Shown here piece after piece: positions 18,721 through 28,857 of a stretch of DNA of 39,653 nucleotides (positions are counted from its first letter, which is position 1; each line of letters starts with the position of its first letter). Location: contig JBLIRO010000045.1 of assembly GCA_049472335.1 (NCBI GenBank), positions 1 to 39,653 of the forward strand, read 5' to 3'. Made by a program: the position numbers and the translations under genes. A model generated the notes under the pieces. That model was not told the origin of the DNA. It saw nothing but the letters and a program-made list of their open reading frames with translations, and searched no databases. This stretch comes from a bacterium. GTDB lineage: Bacteria; SZUA-182; DTGQ01; JAFGSM01.

Positions 18721-19557
18721 TTACCAAGTAAGTTTTTTATTTAATAATTTCATATATAAGCTTTTTGTAAGGAAAGACTGTGCATGAATCTCATTATCGT
18801 AATAGCGAGTTTCTATTTCAAATGGTCTCCTGATTTCTCTTGGATCTAATTGCTTTGATGCCACAGCGAAAGTCCACCAGTTTCCGGGATAGGTGGCAAT
18901 TGGTGCTGTATAAAGATCTACAATAGGAAAACCTTTTTTAAGTGTTTTTTGAATTTCGATTACCATATCTTGATGAAAGTGTAACGATTCTGAATGTGTA
19001 ACAAAGAATCCGTCGTTGGACAATGCCTTTTTTGCGGAAACAAAAAAATCTTCTGAAAAAAGACTTCTGGCAAATCCGATAATATCGGTGGAATCTATAA
19101 TTATGACATCAATCTTGGAAGGACATTTTTTTATAAAATCAGCACCGTCCATAATTTTCGTTTCAACTTTGCAGTCATCAATAGAACATGATACGTTAGG
19201 AAAAAATTCTTTAGAAACATTAATTACCTCTTCATCTATTTCTACAAAATAAACCTTTTCAACATGTTTATGTTTCAACACCTCCCTTACAACACCTCCG
19301 TCACCGCCTCCGATTACAAGAATTCGCTTAGGATTTGGATGAGCGTGCATAACAATATGTGTCAGCATTTCATGATAAAAAAACTCGTCCCTTTCGGATA
19401 TTTGAAGAATTCCATCAAGAAAAAGCATTTTGCCAAAATATTGATTTTGAATAACCAGGATTTCCTGAAAATTGCTCTTTGTTTTAAATAAGACTTTTTC
19501 AACCTCGTAAGTATATTCAACTGGTGAATAAGGTTCTTTTTCAAAAATTTTTATCAT
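18721..19557 (-). CDS. speE: Polyamine aminopropyltransferase (spermidine synthase)
   Basis: LDGILQ, YHEML, ILVIGGGDGG, VEIDEEV, IIIDSTD. Confidence 0.93.
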   Translation of the reverse strand: MIKIFEKEPYSPVEYTYEVEKVLFKTKSNFQEILVIQNQYFGKMLFLDGILQISERDEFFYHEMLTHIVMHAHPNPKRILVIGGGDGGVVREVLKHKHVEKVYFVEIDEEVINVSKEFFPNVSCSIDDCKVETKIMDGADFIKKCPSKIDVIIIDSTDIIGFARSLFSEDFFVSAKKALSNDGFFVTHSESLHFHQDMVIEIQKTLKKGFPIVDLYTAPIATYPGNWWTFAVASKQLDPREIRRPFEIETRYYDNEIHAQSFLTKSLYMKLLNKKLTW

Positions 19558-19577
19558 TTTAATTATTCTCCTATTAA

Positions 19578-20735
19578 TTAAATAAGTATGGTTTTTGGTA
19601 TTGAAAATCCATTGAATTCTGATGCATAAGATATTGTATAGGCCCCTCCTGACAATATCAAAAAGAGATTGCCTATTTCTGGTTCAAAAAGATTTACATT
19701 TTTATCAATAACATCAAAACTATCACAACTGGGACCCGCCAAGGTCCAGTTTCTTTTATTTTGATTATAACTTTCAATAAGATAAGTATATTTAATCCCT
19801 CCAAGACTTTCCATTAATCCGTTAAAAACCCCTATATCAATATAGAGCCAGTAGCTATCAAGCCTTTTTGCTTTTCCGATAATTCTGGAAACCAATATGC
19901 CGGCGTCTCCGATAATTGCCCTCCCCGGCTCGATATGTATTTCAGTATCTTTAGGAAATTTATCCCATATAAGTTTATCGATGTTTTTTTCAATAGTGTT
20001 AATTTCAATAACACTTTTTGTATAATTGATTGGATAACCACCGCCAATATTTAACATTCTAAGCTTAATACCTTTACTGTAAGCCATATCCCATAGAATT
20101 TTAGCTTTATCAAGGGCAATATTCCAGTTATACAGATTTGTGCATTGTGAGCCAACATGAAAAGTGATGCCAATAGGATTTAGTCTCTTACTATTTGCAT
20201 GGGTCAACAACTCGATGGCATCATCAAGCTCAACCCCGAATTTTTTGCTGAGAGGCCACTCGCTTCCTTCATTAGGAACTGATAACCTTATATAGACTTT
20301 GGATTTGGGAGCAAATTGAGCGATTTTTTCAATTTCATCAATTGAATCAAAGGAAAAATATTTTATGCCATAGGCATAAGCCATCTCTAGAAATTTTATT
20401 GATTTAACAGGATTGCTTGTTATTATTCTGTCTGGCCTTATTCCCATTTTTGCCAGGATTTTCAGTTCTCCCTCGGAGGCTATTTCAAAACCTTTATTTA
20501 GTTTGCTTAGAAAATTTATTACCTTTGGATCTGGATTTGCTTTAACAGCGTAGAAGACTTTTGACTGATTAATGTTTGAGCCAATTAAAGAGATTTTTCC
20601 ATTGACTTTTTCGGAATCAATAAGCAGAAAGGGAGTTTCGAATTTTTTTTTGTCCAGAAAGTTGAATACCTTAAACAGGGTTGCTTTAGAAATGATGCGA
20701 GTATGGATCTCCTCTAATTTAAATTTTCTTACCAT
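19578..20735 (-). CDS. Fold-type III PLP ornithine/lysine decarboxylase
   Basis: FYAVKAN, FHVGSQ, NIGGG, EPGR, GPSCDSFD, GAYT. Confidence 0.9.
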   Translation of the reverse strand: MVRKFKLEEIHTRIISKATLFKVFNFLDKKKFETPFLLIDSEKVNGKISLIGSNINQSKVFYAVKANPDPKVINFLSKLNKGFEIASEGELKILAKMGIRPDRIITSNPVKSIKFLEMAYAYGIKYFSFDSIDEIEKIAQFAPKSKVYIRLSVPNEGSEWPLSKKFGVELDDAIELLTHANSKRLNPIGITFHVGSQCTNLYNWNIALDKAKILWDMAYSKGIKLRMLNIGGGYPINYTKSVIEINTIEKNIDKLIWDKFPKDTEIHIEPGRAIIGDAGILVSRIIGKAKRLDSYWLYIDIGVFNGLMESLGGIKYTYLIESYNQNKRNWTLAGPSCDSFDVIDKNVNLFEPEIGNLFLILSGGAYTISYASEFNGFSIPKTILI

Positions 20736-21042
20736 AAAAATTTTCCTGAAATTATCTCATTAGTTAGTTTTAAAACTTTCATTTTGCAATCCTTCTCAAG
20801 ATCCTATCGGGATATTGAGAAGTTATTAAATAATTGATATTTTTCCCATTTGCAGGAGGAAATTTTTATTAAAGCCATAAGATAAGATAATTTATACAAA
20901 AAATTATTTATAGAGAGATCTTGAGTTAAATTGTTCTGACAAGTTTGATTATCTTAAAATATAAAAAAATATTAGTTTGTCAAGCCAGCATATTAGTAGT
21001 GGTTTCAACTTAAGATTTAAGTTATTGCTATTTAATGCTTAT

Positions 21043-21471
21043 TTAAGCAACTTCGTTTAATAAGACAAGATTTTTTCTGTCCTCTATAATAGGCGGTTTA
21101 TAGTGAAGGTCTGTTCCCTTCACATCCAATTGACCACGTTTTATTTCCATGGTGATCACCTTTGAAGCCTTAAAAGATTCCTTTAGAAATTCGAAAGCCT
21201 TCCAGGGATCAACTTGTTCTCCGCAGGTAAAGAGATCGACTGCAGCATATCCATATTCCGGCCATGTGTGTATAGCAAAATGTGATTCCGCAATAACTAC
21301 TACTCCACTCACACCATGGGGATTGAATATATGAAAAACACTCTGGACAATATGAGCCTGACTTATGGCAGCGGCCTCTTGCATAAACATTTTAACGGCA
21401 TCTATACTATTTAAAATCTGGCTGTCACATTGAAAGAATTCTGCTAATATTTGGCGTCCCAAAGCCTTCAT
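21043..21471 (-). CDS. speD: S-adenosylmethionine decarboxylase proenzyme
   Basis: [32 protein letters not shown]. Confidence 0.95.
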   Translation of the reverse strand: MKALGRQILAEFFQCDSQILNSIDAVKMFMQEAAAISQAHIVQSVFHIFNPHGVSGVVVIAESHFAIHTWPEYGYAAVDLFTCGEQVDPWKAFEFLKESFKASKVITMEIKRGQLDVKGTDLHYKPPIIEDRKNLVLLNEVA

Positions 21472-21696
21472 TTTTCAACCCCCTTTCTTTAAATAATTCA
21501 TTGGACTGAAAAAATTAAAACTTAAAAACCTAAGGTTGAAAATTAGAAACGATGTATTATACAGGTTACTTTTAAAATTGTAAAGGGAAAAATTTATGTA
21601 TTTGTTGTACGGCTTTTACCATTATTTAAAATTAAAAATACAAGAGAATTTTATACTTTTAAGGTAGGGTTTTCAATAGGACCAATGAGTTTAATA

Positions 21697-22614
21697 TCAG
21701 TGGAGTGAGGCTGGTTTCATCATCTCGTGAAAGAAACATATCCTGTCCTTGCCTTTTGATTTGGCTTCATATAAAGCAACATCAGCATATTCCACCAACT
21801 GAGAGGAATCAATAATTTTATCTATGGGGTAGGAGGATACGCCAAGGCTCACAGTAACAGTGGTATCAGAAGGCCCTTTTGTTTTAAAGTGTAATCCACG
21901 AATACGATCGATTATCTTTTTCGAAATTACCTGGGTGCCGTCATAATCTGTATTAGGAAGAAGTATAGAAAACTCATCCCCTCCATATCTTGCCAATATA
22001 TCTGTCGCTCGAAGGGGGCTTTTTAGAATTTGTGAAATCTTTTTCAGAATAAAATCCCCGAATTGATGATCAAATTGGTCATTGATAGACTTGAAATCAT
22101 CAATATCTATCATGAGACAACTTAAGGGCTCAGAATACCTATTGGCCCTTTTCAATTCCACATCCGCCCTTTCCCAGAAGTGACGATAATTATAAAGACC
22201 TGTAAGGCCATCGGTTAAGGCTTGATGACTTAGTTTATCAATAAGTTTTTGTTGTTCATGATAGATCCGATTTAATCCTTTGTTCAGTTCTTCTAAATAA
22301 TGGACGTATCCCTCCAATTTTTTTAACTCACTGATATCTTTCAGTATTCCTATTTGCCCTTCTTTTTTATTACCATCTTTATAAGGATAGAATTCCAGAT
22401 GAAACAGATGTCCTAGTTGGGATCTAATAACATCCTTTTGATCCTTTTCAGATGATTTGGATTTCAAAAGAAAGGATGAATAGCTTTTACCAGAACCATT
22501 ACCAAATGTCTTTCGGAACTCTCTATTGCAATACCTGATTTTACTGAGTGAATCAACAAAAAATGCGGGAATGGGTATTAATCCCAGCGTCTTCTTTATT
22601 AGAACTTCGTTCAT
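21697..22614 (-). CDS. Diguanylate cyclase (PAS-like N-terminus, GGDEF)
   Basis: TDGLTGLYN, DIDDFKSIND, RATD I-site, RYGGDEF. Confidence 0.93.
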   Translation of the reverse strand: MNEVLIKKTLGLIPIPAFFVDSLSKIRYCNREFRKTFGNGSGKSYSSFLLKSKSSEKDQKDVIRSQLGHLFHLEFYPYKDGNKKEGQIGILKDISELKKLEGYVHYLEELNKGLNRIYHEQQKLIDKLSHQALTDGLTGLYNYRHFWERADVELKRANRYSEPLSCLMIDIDDFKSINDQFDHQFGDFILKKISQILKSPLRATDILARYGGDEFSILLPNTDYDGTQVISKKIIDRIRGLHFKTKGPSDTTVTVSLGVSSYPIDKIIDSSQLVEYADVALYEAKSKGKDRICFFHEMMKPASLH

Positions 22615-22705
22615 ATAATTACTCTTTTTGTTGCAATTTTTCTGTCTGTTTTAATTTTTAATTTACCAAACGTTTAACTTAATCCTTATAAACTTAAGAA
22701 ATCCT

Positions 22706-22721
22706 TGCAAAATTTTTGCCA
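22706..22721 (-). promoter_or_regulatory. Sigma54 promoter for the diguanylate cyclase
   Basis: Minus strand TGGCAA-AAATT-TTGCA. Confidence 0.65.
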
Positions 22722-22978
22722 TAAAAAATGCAAAAATTTATATATCAAAGAGGCCGTAATTAATGTTATTTTGAACCTGTATAATAGTCTCAATTATGAC
22801 CGGATATATCCAAAATCCCTTTTTTTAAAGCTATTTACATATGTATCACTTTGGCTGGATTTTTTGGTCAACAAAATATGAAATATTAGTAATAAAAAGA
22901 CAAAGTTGACATGTTTATTAATATATGTAATTATTTTCTTTTTTTATGTATAAGAATTATATATAAGAGGAAAGAATT

Positions 22979-23458
22979 ATGGCTTCACAAAAAGAGCATC
23001 CTTTTATTCACTCGAGTTTAAAAATTTTTTTAATTTTTTTACTATTTTTATTCCTGCTGTCACTTAGCTATTATCCTTCTTCGTCTTGGGGACAGGGACG
23101 AAGTCTTGGTTTTAAGGGATTAGTTCCACCTGGTAAATCTGAGAAGAAGATGTACAAAGGAAAGGTTATATTAGTAGATTTACCGTTGATAAAAATAAAG
23201 ACTGGTGTATGGAGCTCCCCGAAGGTATTTATTGGCCCACCCGGATTCTTGAATAAACAGGGCTTTTCTATCCGAAATGGGCAGCATTTAATTGTTTGGG
23301 CTGTTCCCGTTAAGGTCGAGGGGAGTGAGGTCCTTGCGGCCTTTGAAATCCAGGATATGAACACGGGCAGGAAGGTGATATTACGTAATGAGAATGGAGA
23401 ACCTATTTGGTGGGGAGATAATAAAAGATCATCAGGCCAAAGTGGGTATAGCAGGTAA
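22979..23458 (+). CDS. Exported OB-fold-like protein (MamS/MamX-type domain)
   Basis: Hydrophobic N-terminus; VFIGPPGFL...G..LIV...LAAFEI...LRNENGEPIW pattern. Confidence 0.55.
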   Translation: MASQKEHPFIHSSLKIFLIFLLFLFLLSLSYYPSSSWGQGRSLGFKGLVPPGKSEKKMYKGKVILVDLPLIKIKTGVWSSPKVFIGPPGFLNKQGFSIRNGQHLIVWAVPVKVEGSEVLAAFEIQDMNTGRKVILRNENGEPIWWGDNKRSSGQSGYSR

Positions 23459-23485
23459 AATATATGTGTATTGGGAGGAGATATA

Positions 23486-23710
23486 ATGGAGATTTATGAT
23501 AAAGTCAAAGAGGTTTTGGATGGAATAAGGCCTTCCCTGCGTGCGGACGGAGGGGATGTTGAACTCGTAGAGGTGGAAGACGGTATTGTCAAGGTTCGTC
23601 TTAAGGGCGCATGCTCGGGATGCCCTATGTCAACAATGACATTAAAGCTCGGGATAGAAAGTCAAATAAAGCAGAAACTGCCTGAGATTAAAGAGGTTAT
23701 AGCCCTTTAA
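23486..23710 (+). CDS. NifU C-terminal domain Fe-S carrier
   Basis: IRPSLRADGGDVELV...GACSGCP; GGAGGAG RBS before the ATG at 23486. Confidence 0.93.
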   Translation: MEIYDKVKEVLDGIRPSLRADGGDVELVEVEDGIVKVRLKGACSGCPMSTMTLKLGIESQIKQKLPEIKEVIAL

Positions 23711-23723
23711 TTTTATAATATCC

Positions 23724-23754
23724 AAAGGGGGGCCTGTTAGATCAGGCCCCTTTT
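23724..23754. terminator. Bidirectional terminator between convergent genes
   Basis: AAAGGGGGGCCTG-TTAGAT-CAGGCCCCTTTT. Confidence 0.65.
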
Positions 23755-25256
23755 CCTCCTCGGTACTGACCTCTTGAATCGTCAGAGTCGTCGTTACCTC
23801 CTCGGTATTGACCTCCTTCATTACCAAAGGTGGCGCCTGTGACATCATTTACTCCATCTCCGTCTGCGTCAGTGAAATTATCATTGGTCTCATCTTCATT
23901 TTCATCGACAAAACCAAATCCATGACGATAGCTCTCTTCAGGATTAAGGTCATTAAACCCGTCGCCATTGCCGTCCCTGAACGAATCATTAATCCCGTCT
24001 TTATTTTCATCCTTGAAGAGATCGTTTAATCCATCACCATTCAAGTCACTGAATCCAAAACGATCGCTCCCAAAATTGTAGGGTCGTCCTGTAATATCAT
24101 TTACTCCGTCACCATCGGCATCCGTAAAAAAATCATTTATGCCGTCCATATTTTCATCTTTCCATCCAAACCCGTGAGAGTAAGCCATTCCTTCACATGG
24201 TTTTCCGGTGTCACAAATTCCGTCACCATCAGCATCAGCAAAATTGTCATTAATCCCGTCACCATTATTATCAACAAATCCAAATCTATATCCAAAAAAA
24301 ACGCGTTTGCCATTTACATCATTAATGCCGTCTCCGTCAGAATCTGTGAACCGATCATTTATTCCATCAAAATTGCTGTCCTTCCAACCAAAGCCGTGCG
24401 CATACATGACACCGCTTTGGTCACAGATTCCATCTCCATTTAAGTCAGAGAACATATCATTCTTCCCGTCGCTATTTTTGTCGATAAAACCAAAGGTATA
24501 CCCATAACTCATCCCGTTTGCATCGTTATTTCCGTCACCATCGCAATCCGTGAAATTATCGTTTATTCCGTCCTCATTTTCATCACTCCATCCATACCCA
24601 TGGCAAAATGGGTTTCCGGAAATATCACAGATTCCGTCGCCATCACAATCCGTGAAATTATCGTTTATTCCGTCCTCATTTTCATCCGCCCATCCAAAGG
24701 TATATCCATCATATTGGTTGCAGCTCATTTGTTTTTCACAAGTTTGTGTAAGCATCCCAAGATTGAGATCCTGATTGGGGCCTATTCGGACAAATTTGCT
24801 GGCTATGATTTCTCCATCTTTAACTATATTAAGTGTATGATCACCCGGAGGACAATGTTGTATAGCGAAATTTCCATTTGAATCTGGTATGCTGTATTGA
24901 TTAGTCCTCTGTAGAACTATCATGAAGGGAAAATCGGGCAATATTGGCCCGGGTTCATCAGGAGGTCCGGGTATGCCATCCGGTGATCCGCTTCCGCTTT
25001 GGGAATCTTCCGGGGCACTCTCGGGAGGGCCGCCTGTCCCTGTAGGCCCGGGGCTGCCGCCTCTCAATCTGCTTTTAACTAAAAGTTCCTGGTCGAGTTG
25101 ACCAAAAACTGCCCCGGAGTTTTGTCTGCCTATATTACCCCCGCCTAAAAAAGAGGAGCTTGTTGAGTCATATGTTTCAGAACTGCCCCCACACCCTGTC
25201 ATGCACAATATGCAAAATGTTAACAAAATGGAAATCATGAGATATCCTCGTTTCAT
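23742..25256 (-). CDS. Lipoprotein with tandem Dx[DN]xDG Ca-binding repeats
   Basis: AAGGAGG RBS, lipobox MTGC, Pro/Gly linker, carboxypeptidase-regulatory-like beta segment, eight ~34-aa repeats G[WF]xDxNxDGINDxFxDxDGDGxxD. Confidence 0.8.
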   Translation of the reverse strand: MKRGYLMISILLTFCILCMTGCGGSSETYDSTSSSFLGGGNIGRQNSGAVFGQLDQELLVKSRLRGGSPGPTGTGGPPESAPEDSQSGSGSPDGIPGPPDEPGPILPDFPFMIVLQRTNQYSIPDSNGNFAIQHCPPGDHTLNIVKDGEIIASKFVRIGPNQDLNLGMLTQTCEKQMSCNQYDGYTFGWADENEDGINDNFTDCDGDGICDISGNPFCHGYGWSDENEDGINDNFTDCDGDGNNDANGMSYGYTFGFIDKNSDGKNDMFSDLNGDGICDQSGVMYAHGFGWKDSNFDGINDRFTDSDGDGINDVNGKRVFFGYRFGFVDNNGDGINDNFADADGDGICDTGKPCEGMAYSHGFGWKDENMDGINDFFTDADGDGVNDITGRPYNFGSDRFGFSDLNGDGLNDLFKDENKDGINDSFRDGNGDGFNDLNPEESYRHGFGFVDENEDETNDNFTDADGDGVNDVTGATFGNEGGQYRGGNDDSDDSRGQYRGGKGA

Positions 25257-25344
25257 GAATCCCTCCTTGAATAGCTCTAAACAGTGAATTTTTTCGATCA
25301 ATAGTATTAATTTCATCTTATTTTCAACTATTCAGGTTAAGAAA

Positions 25345-25360
25345 AGCAATCTGTGTGCCA
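25345..25360 (-). promoter_or_regulatory. Sigma54 promoter for the repeat lipoprotein
   Basis: Minus strand TGGCAC-ACAGA-TTGCT, near consensus. Confidence 0.8.
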
Positions 25361-25745
25361 ACTTGGTTGACCTTAATGTGGATTTGTATTGATTTGGTAT
25401 TTTATTTTTTGTTTGTTTTACTTAATGCATAGAAAAATATAGAGTTTCTTTATTAAATAATACTGTTTCTTAAAATAAAAGGAGGAGAAAAACAGGTAAA
25501 TGGCAAGTAAAAGACCTTATTCTATTTCGGAAATTATAGGTCTTTATGTATATATTTGTCTTATTTTAGATCAATCTAATGGAACCTAATGACCAAAAAA
25601 TAAACAATAAAATTATATAAATTTCCATAAAAGCTGAAATAACAATTCAAATTTCAAGATGAAAAAGTAATTGAATTTTGCATCTTTCTCTTCCTGCCAA
25701 TATGTAATTATATTAAGGTGTATGATCGACATACCTTAATTCTGA

Positions 25746-25774
25746 TTGACAGAGGAAGAGAATAATTTTATGAT
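25746..25774 (+). promoter_or_regulatory. Sigma70 promoter with upstream palindrome
   Basis: TTGACA-17-TATGAT; ATTAAGGT...ACCTTAAT inverted repeat at 25712-25740. Confidence 0.55.
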
Positions 25775-25905
25775 TATTATAGATTCTTTAATAGATTATT
25801 TTAAATTATTAAGAGATTAAGATAATTGGTATAATAATTTGTAGTTGTTTATTTAAATAAAAAGGATTTTGTATTGATAGTATTGAGAAAGGGAGGTTAT
25901 GTCGC

Positions 25906-27201
25906 ATGAATATAAATATAAAGGAAATATCAAAAAAAATAGAAGTCATCCGCATAAATAAAATCATTGAAATTATTATCGCTTTTTTTGTTATCGCTTT
26001 CTTATGCCTTTCTCCTGCTGACTCTTTGGCAGGCGTTAAAGGCTATATGATTGTTAAAGATAATGAAAGTTTTTGGGATCCAAACAAGGATGTATCGATA
26101 ACCTGGCAAATAAAACAGTGGTTAACCGATGAAAATGCCAGGATTGAGAACACTATGGAAAAGGATATTGTGCATCTAATAGATGTATCGAAAGAAAAAA
26201 TCTACAAACTTAATTATCAGGACAGGACTTACAGGATAGTGGAGTTCCCTGAGGAGAAGAAATTTTATATCGATAGTCAGAAAATGGATCAGGAAAAAAA
26301 ATGTGGGGAATGGTCTTGTTATGGAATAAAGATAAACATAAAAAGCACGGAGATTTCTTTTAAAATCGAATGTTGGCTGTCAAAGGATGTGGATATTCCC
26401 AGTGAGAATAGAGAAAAAATTGGGAAATTTCTGGGGGAATACCAGATAATACTATCAAAAGAACTTGCTAAATATGAAGGATATCCCGTTCAAACAGTCC
26501 TCTCCATAAAGGCTCATGATAAAGAGATAAAAATTGTATCCACGGTGGTGGATTTTAAAAAGATGGACATAGACGCTAAACTCTTTGAGATACCCAACGA
26601 TTTTAAAGCTGTGGATGATTCAACCAGGAAAATATATAAAGAAGATAAAGATGAAGATCCAAACATAAAGGATTCTCCTATAAAAGAGGAGAAATCTGTT
26701 GCGCAAGACATTAAATGTGTAACTGGTAAAGTAACCGAATCATACCAACAGGTTAGATCGTTAGGCGTTTTTGCTGATGGTTCCCAAATACCAATGAATC
26801 AAGAAGCAACATGTTTTTTCAAACTAGACAGTGAAACAACATGTGAATTCTATTTCCCAGGAGATAATGAAAAATTAAAGACGTCTCTCACCTTAGCTAC
26901 AAAGTTAAAAAGACCGGTAACAGTTTTTTACTATCCCGGAGCAGATGGCCAAGAAGGTCTAGTAACTAAAATAATATTTCCGGAATTAGAGGGAAAGAGC
27001 ATATTCACAGATGACAATCAAGATATGATCCGCAAAGCTCAGATAAAACTACAAGAATTAGGATATAATCCAGGGAAGGCAGATGGTATATTTGGTAGAC
27101 GAACCAAGGCGGCTATAATGAAATTTCAAAAAGATTCTGATCTGGATGTTTCTGGAGAACTAGATCAAGACACATTAAAAAAATTACAGCTTTCAAACTG
27201 A
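25906..27201 (+). CDS. Exported protein, DUF4412-like N-terminal domain plus peptidoglycan-binding domain
   Basis: Signal/TM segment, KLFEIPNDFK motif, C-terminal QIKLQELGYNPGKADGIFGRRTKAAIMKFQ. Confidence 0.75.
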   Translation: MNINIKEISKKIEVIRINKIIEIIIAFFVIAFLCLSPADSLAGVKGYMIVKDNESFWDPNKDVSITWQIKQWLTDENARIENTMEKDIVHLIDVSKEKIYKLNYQDRTYRIVEFPEEKKFYIDSQKMDQEKKCGEWSCYGIKINIKSTEISFKIECWLSKDVDIPSENREKIGKFLGEYQIILSKELAKYEGYPVQTVLSIKAHDKEIKIVSTVVDFKKMDIDAKLFEIPNDFKAVDDSTRKIYKEDKDEDPNIKDSPIKEEKSVAQDIKCVTGKVTESYQQVRSLGVFADGSQIPMNQEATCFFKLDSETTCEFYFPGDNEKLKTSLTLATKLKRPVTVFYYPGADGQEGLVTKIIFPELEGKSIFTDDNQDMIRKAQIKLQELGYNPGKADGIFGRRTKAAIMKFQKDSDLDVSGELDQDTLKKLQLSN

Positions 27202-27500
27202 TAAAAGCAAGAAGGTTGTAACAGGCCTTCTCACCGGCAATTATCTCCATAGACTTTGTTCTTCGTTTAAAATTTTTATTGAGGCGTTCGATAATGTTAG
27301 TGGTTCTTAATGAAATCCATTCTTCTTCAGGGCAATTAAAAAAGGTCAAACAGGAATCTATAGACTTTTCAAGGCATTTAACAACAGAAGGAAGTTCCTT
27401 TTTCCATTTTCGTTTAAATTGGGCAAAAAACTCCAGAGCCTTCTTTCTTGAGGAAGCATAAAAAATGGAATGTAAATCATCACCTACTGTCTTTTTTAAT
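27192..27500 (-). pseudogene. IS256-family transposase C-terminal fragment
   Basis: LRTTNIIERLNKNFKRRTK motif; truncated at both ends. Confidence 0.85.
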
Positions 27501-27510
27501 TTTAATACCA

Positions 27511-28081
27511 TAAACCACCACTTTTAGTGGTGGTCCCAGCTTTGCTATGGGGGTATGGTAGTGATATAGAAAATACCTCCTTAAGATCATAAGGGTGACC
27601 CTAAAGATCAAAAGGAGGTATTTGATAAGTGATTTTAAGAGATTAGCACATGCAATATGGGAATGTAAATACCATTTAGTTTGGTGTCCGAAGTATCGTT
27701 TCAGGATATTAGAGGGAGAAATCGGCAAATCAGTAGGAGACATAATAAAGCAGCTATGTGAATGGAAGAAGATATAGATACTAGAACATAATGTACAAGT
27801 AGACCATATACACATGATTTTGTCATTTCCCTCAAAATACTCAGTTTCAGAAATGGTGGGTTTTTTGAAGGGCAAAAGTGCTATTAAAGTTTTCGATTTG
27901 CATCTGGAATTGAAGAAGAGATATTGGGGGAGGCGTTTCTGGGCAAAAGGATACTGTGTGAGTACAGTAGGCTTAGACGAAGAGCAGATAAGAAAATATG
28001 TCAGATGGCAATTGGAAAGAGACAAAAGCATGGATCAACTCTCATTATGGAATAAGTAAAAGACCCTTTTAGGGGTGGTTG
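27511..28081 (+). mobile_element. tnpA: IS200-like element with inactivated tnpA (27622-28059, TAG at 27775-27777)
   Basis: KYHLVWCPKYR, DHIHM (HUH), FWAKGY, KYVRWQ; left hairpin ACCACCAC-TTTTA-GTGGTGGT and right-end CCCTTTTAGGGGTGGT. Confidence 0.88.
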
Positions 28082-28129
28082 TTAACTAATTAATTAATCT
28101 TAAGACTCAATCTTTATAGAAGGCCTAAA

Positions 28130-28765
28130 ATGACAAGTTTTAGAAGGTTTTATTATGATATTTTTTCACATTTTTACGACCTGATCATCCGGTTACATTC
28201 CAAAGATGAGAGTTCAGCATTGAGGAATTTTTTGATTAAAAAAACAGGGATGAGTAGTGGGGACAGGGTGATGGATATATGTACAGGTACAGGAGCAGTA
28301 TGTATGGCTGCCCATAAGGCTGTTGCTCCTGAGGGATTTGTTATAGGTATGGATTTCTCTTATGGTATGCTAAAAAAGGCCAAAGAGAAGGCCAGGGAAA
28401 AGGGCTTTTCTCGACTTTTTTTGGTTGTGGGGGATGTGGCTGAAATGCCTTTTAGAGAGAATACCTTTGATTGTTTGACATGTTCTCATGCCATGTATGA
28501 ATTGAAACCGGATGTCAGAATGAAGGCCCTTAATGAAATATACAGGGTCCTGAAAAGAAATCACCTTTTTTTTATGATGGAGCATTGCAGGCCGAAAAAT
28601 CCTGTCATCAAATTTCTTTACTATGTTCGCCTCATGTCCATGGGCTCACCGGAGAATCGAAATTTTGCAGCAGATGAAGTCCCTGTGATAAAAAAATTCT
28701 TAAAGGATATAAAAAGAGAGCTTTCTCCCACAAAAAAATCGAAGATCATATCAGGGATGAAATAA
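28130..28765 (+). CDS. Class I SAM-dependent methyltransferase (UbiE-like)
   Basis: VMDICTGTG, GMDFSYGML, GDVAEMPF, EIYRVLK. Confidence 0.88.
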   Translation: MTSFRRFYYDIFSHFYDLIIRLHSKDESSALRNFLIKKTGMSSGDRVMDICTGTGAVCMAAHKAVAPEGFVIGMDFSYGMLKKAKEKAREKGFSRLFLVVGDVAEMPFRENTFDCLTCSHAMYELKPDVRMKALNEIYRVLKRNHLFFMMEHCRPKNPVIKFLYYVRLMSMGSPENRNFAADEVPVIKKFLKDIKRELSPTKKSKIISGMK

Positions 28766-28857
28766 TATCCATAATCCAATTGCTTAACAGTACTTGCATT
28801 TTAAAAATAAATTTATTATAATTATTATCCTTTTTTTGCCTGGAAAGGAGGCAGCCC

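Noticed and set aside
22979..23458. Magnetosome gene
   Set aside because: The MamS/MamX-like OB domain is widespread; there are no CxxCH magnetochrome motifs and no other mam genes.
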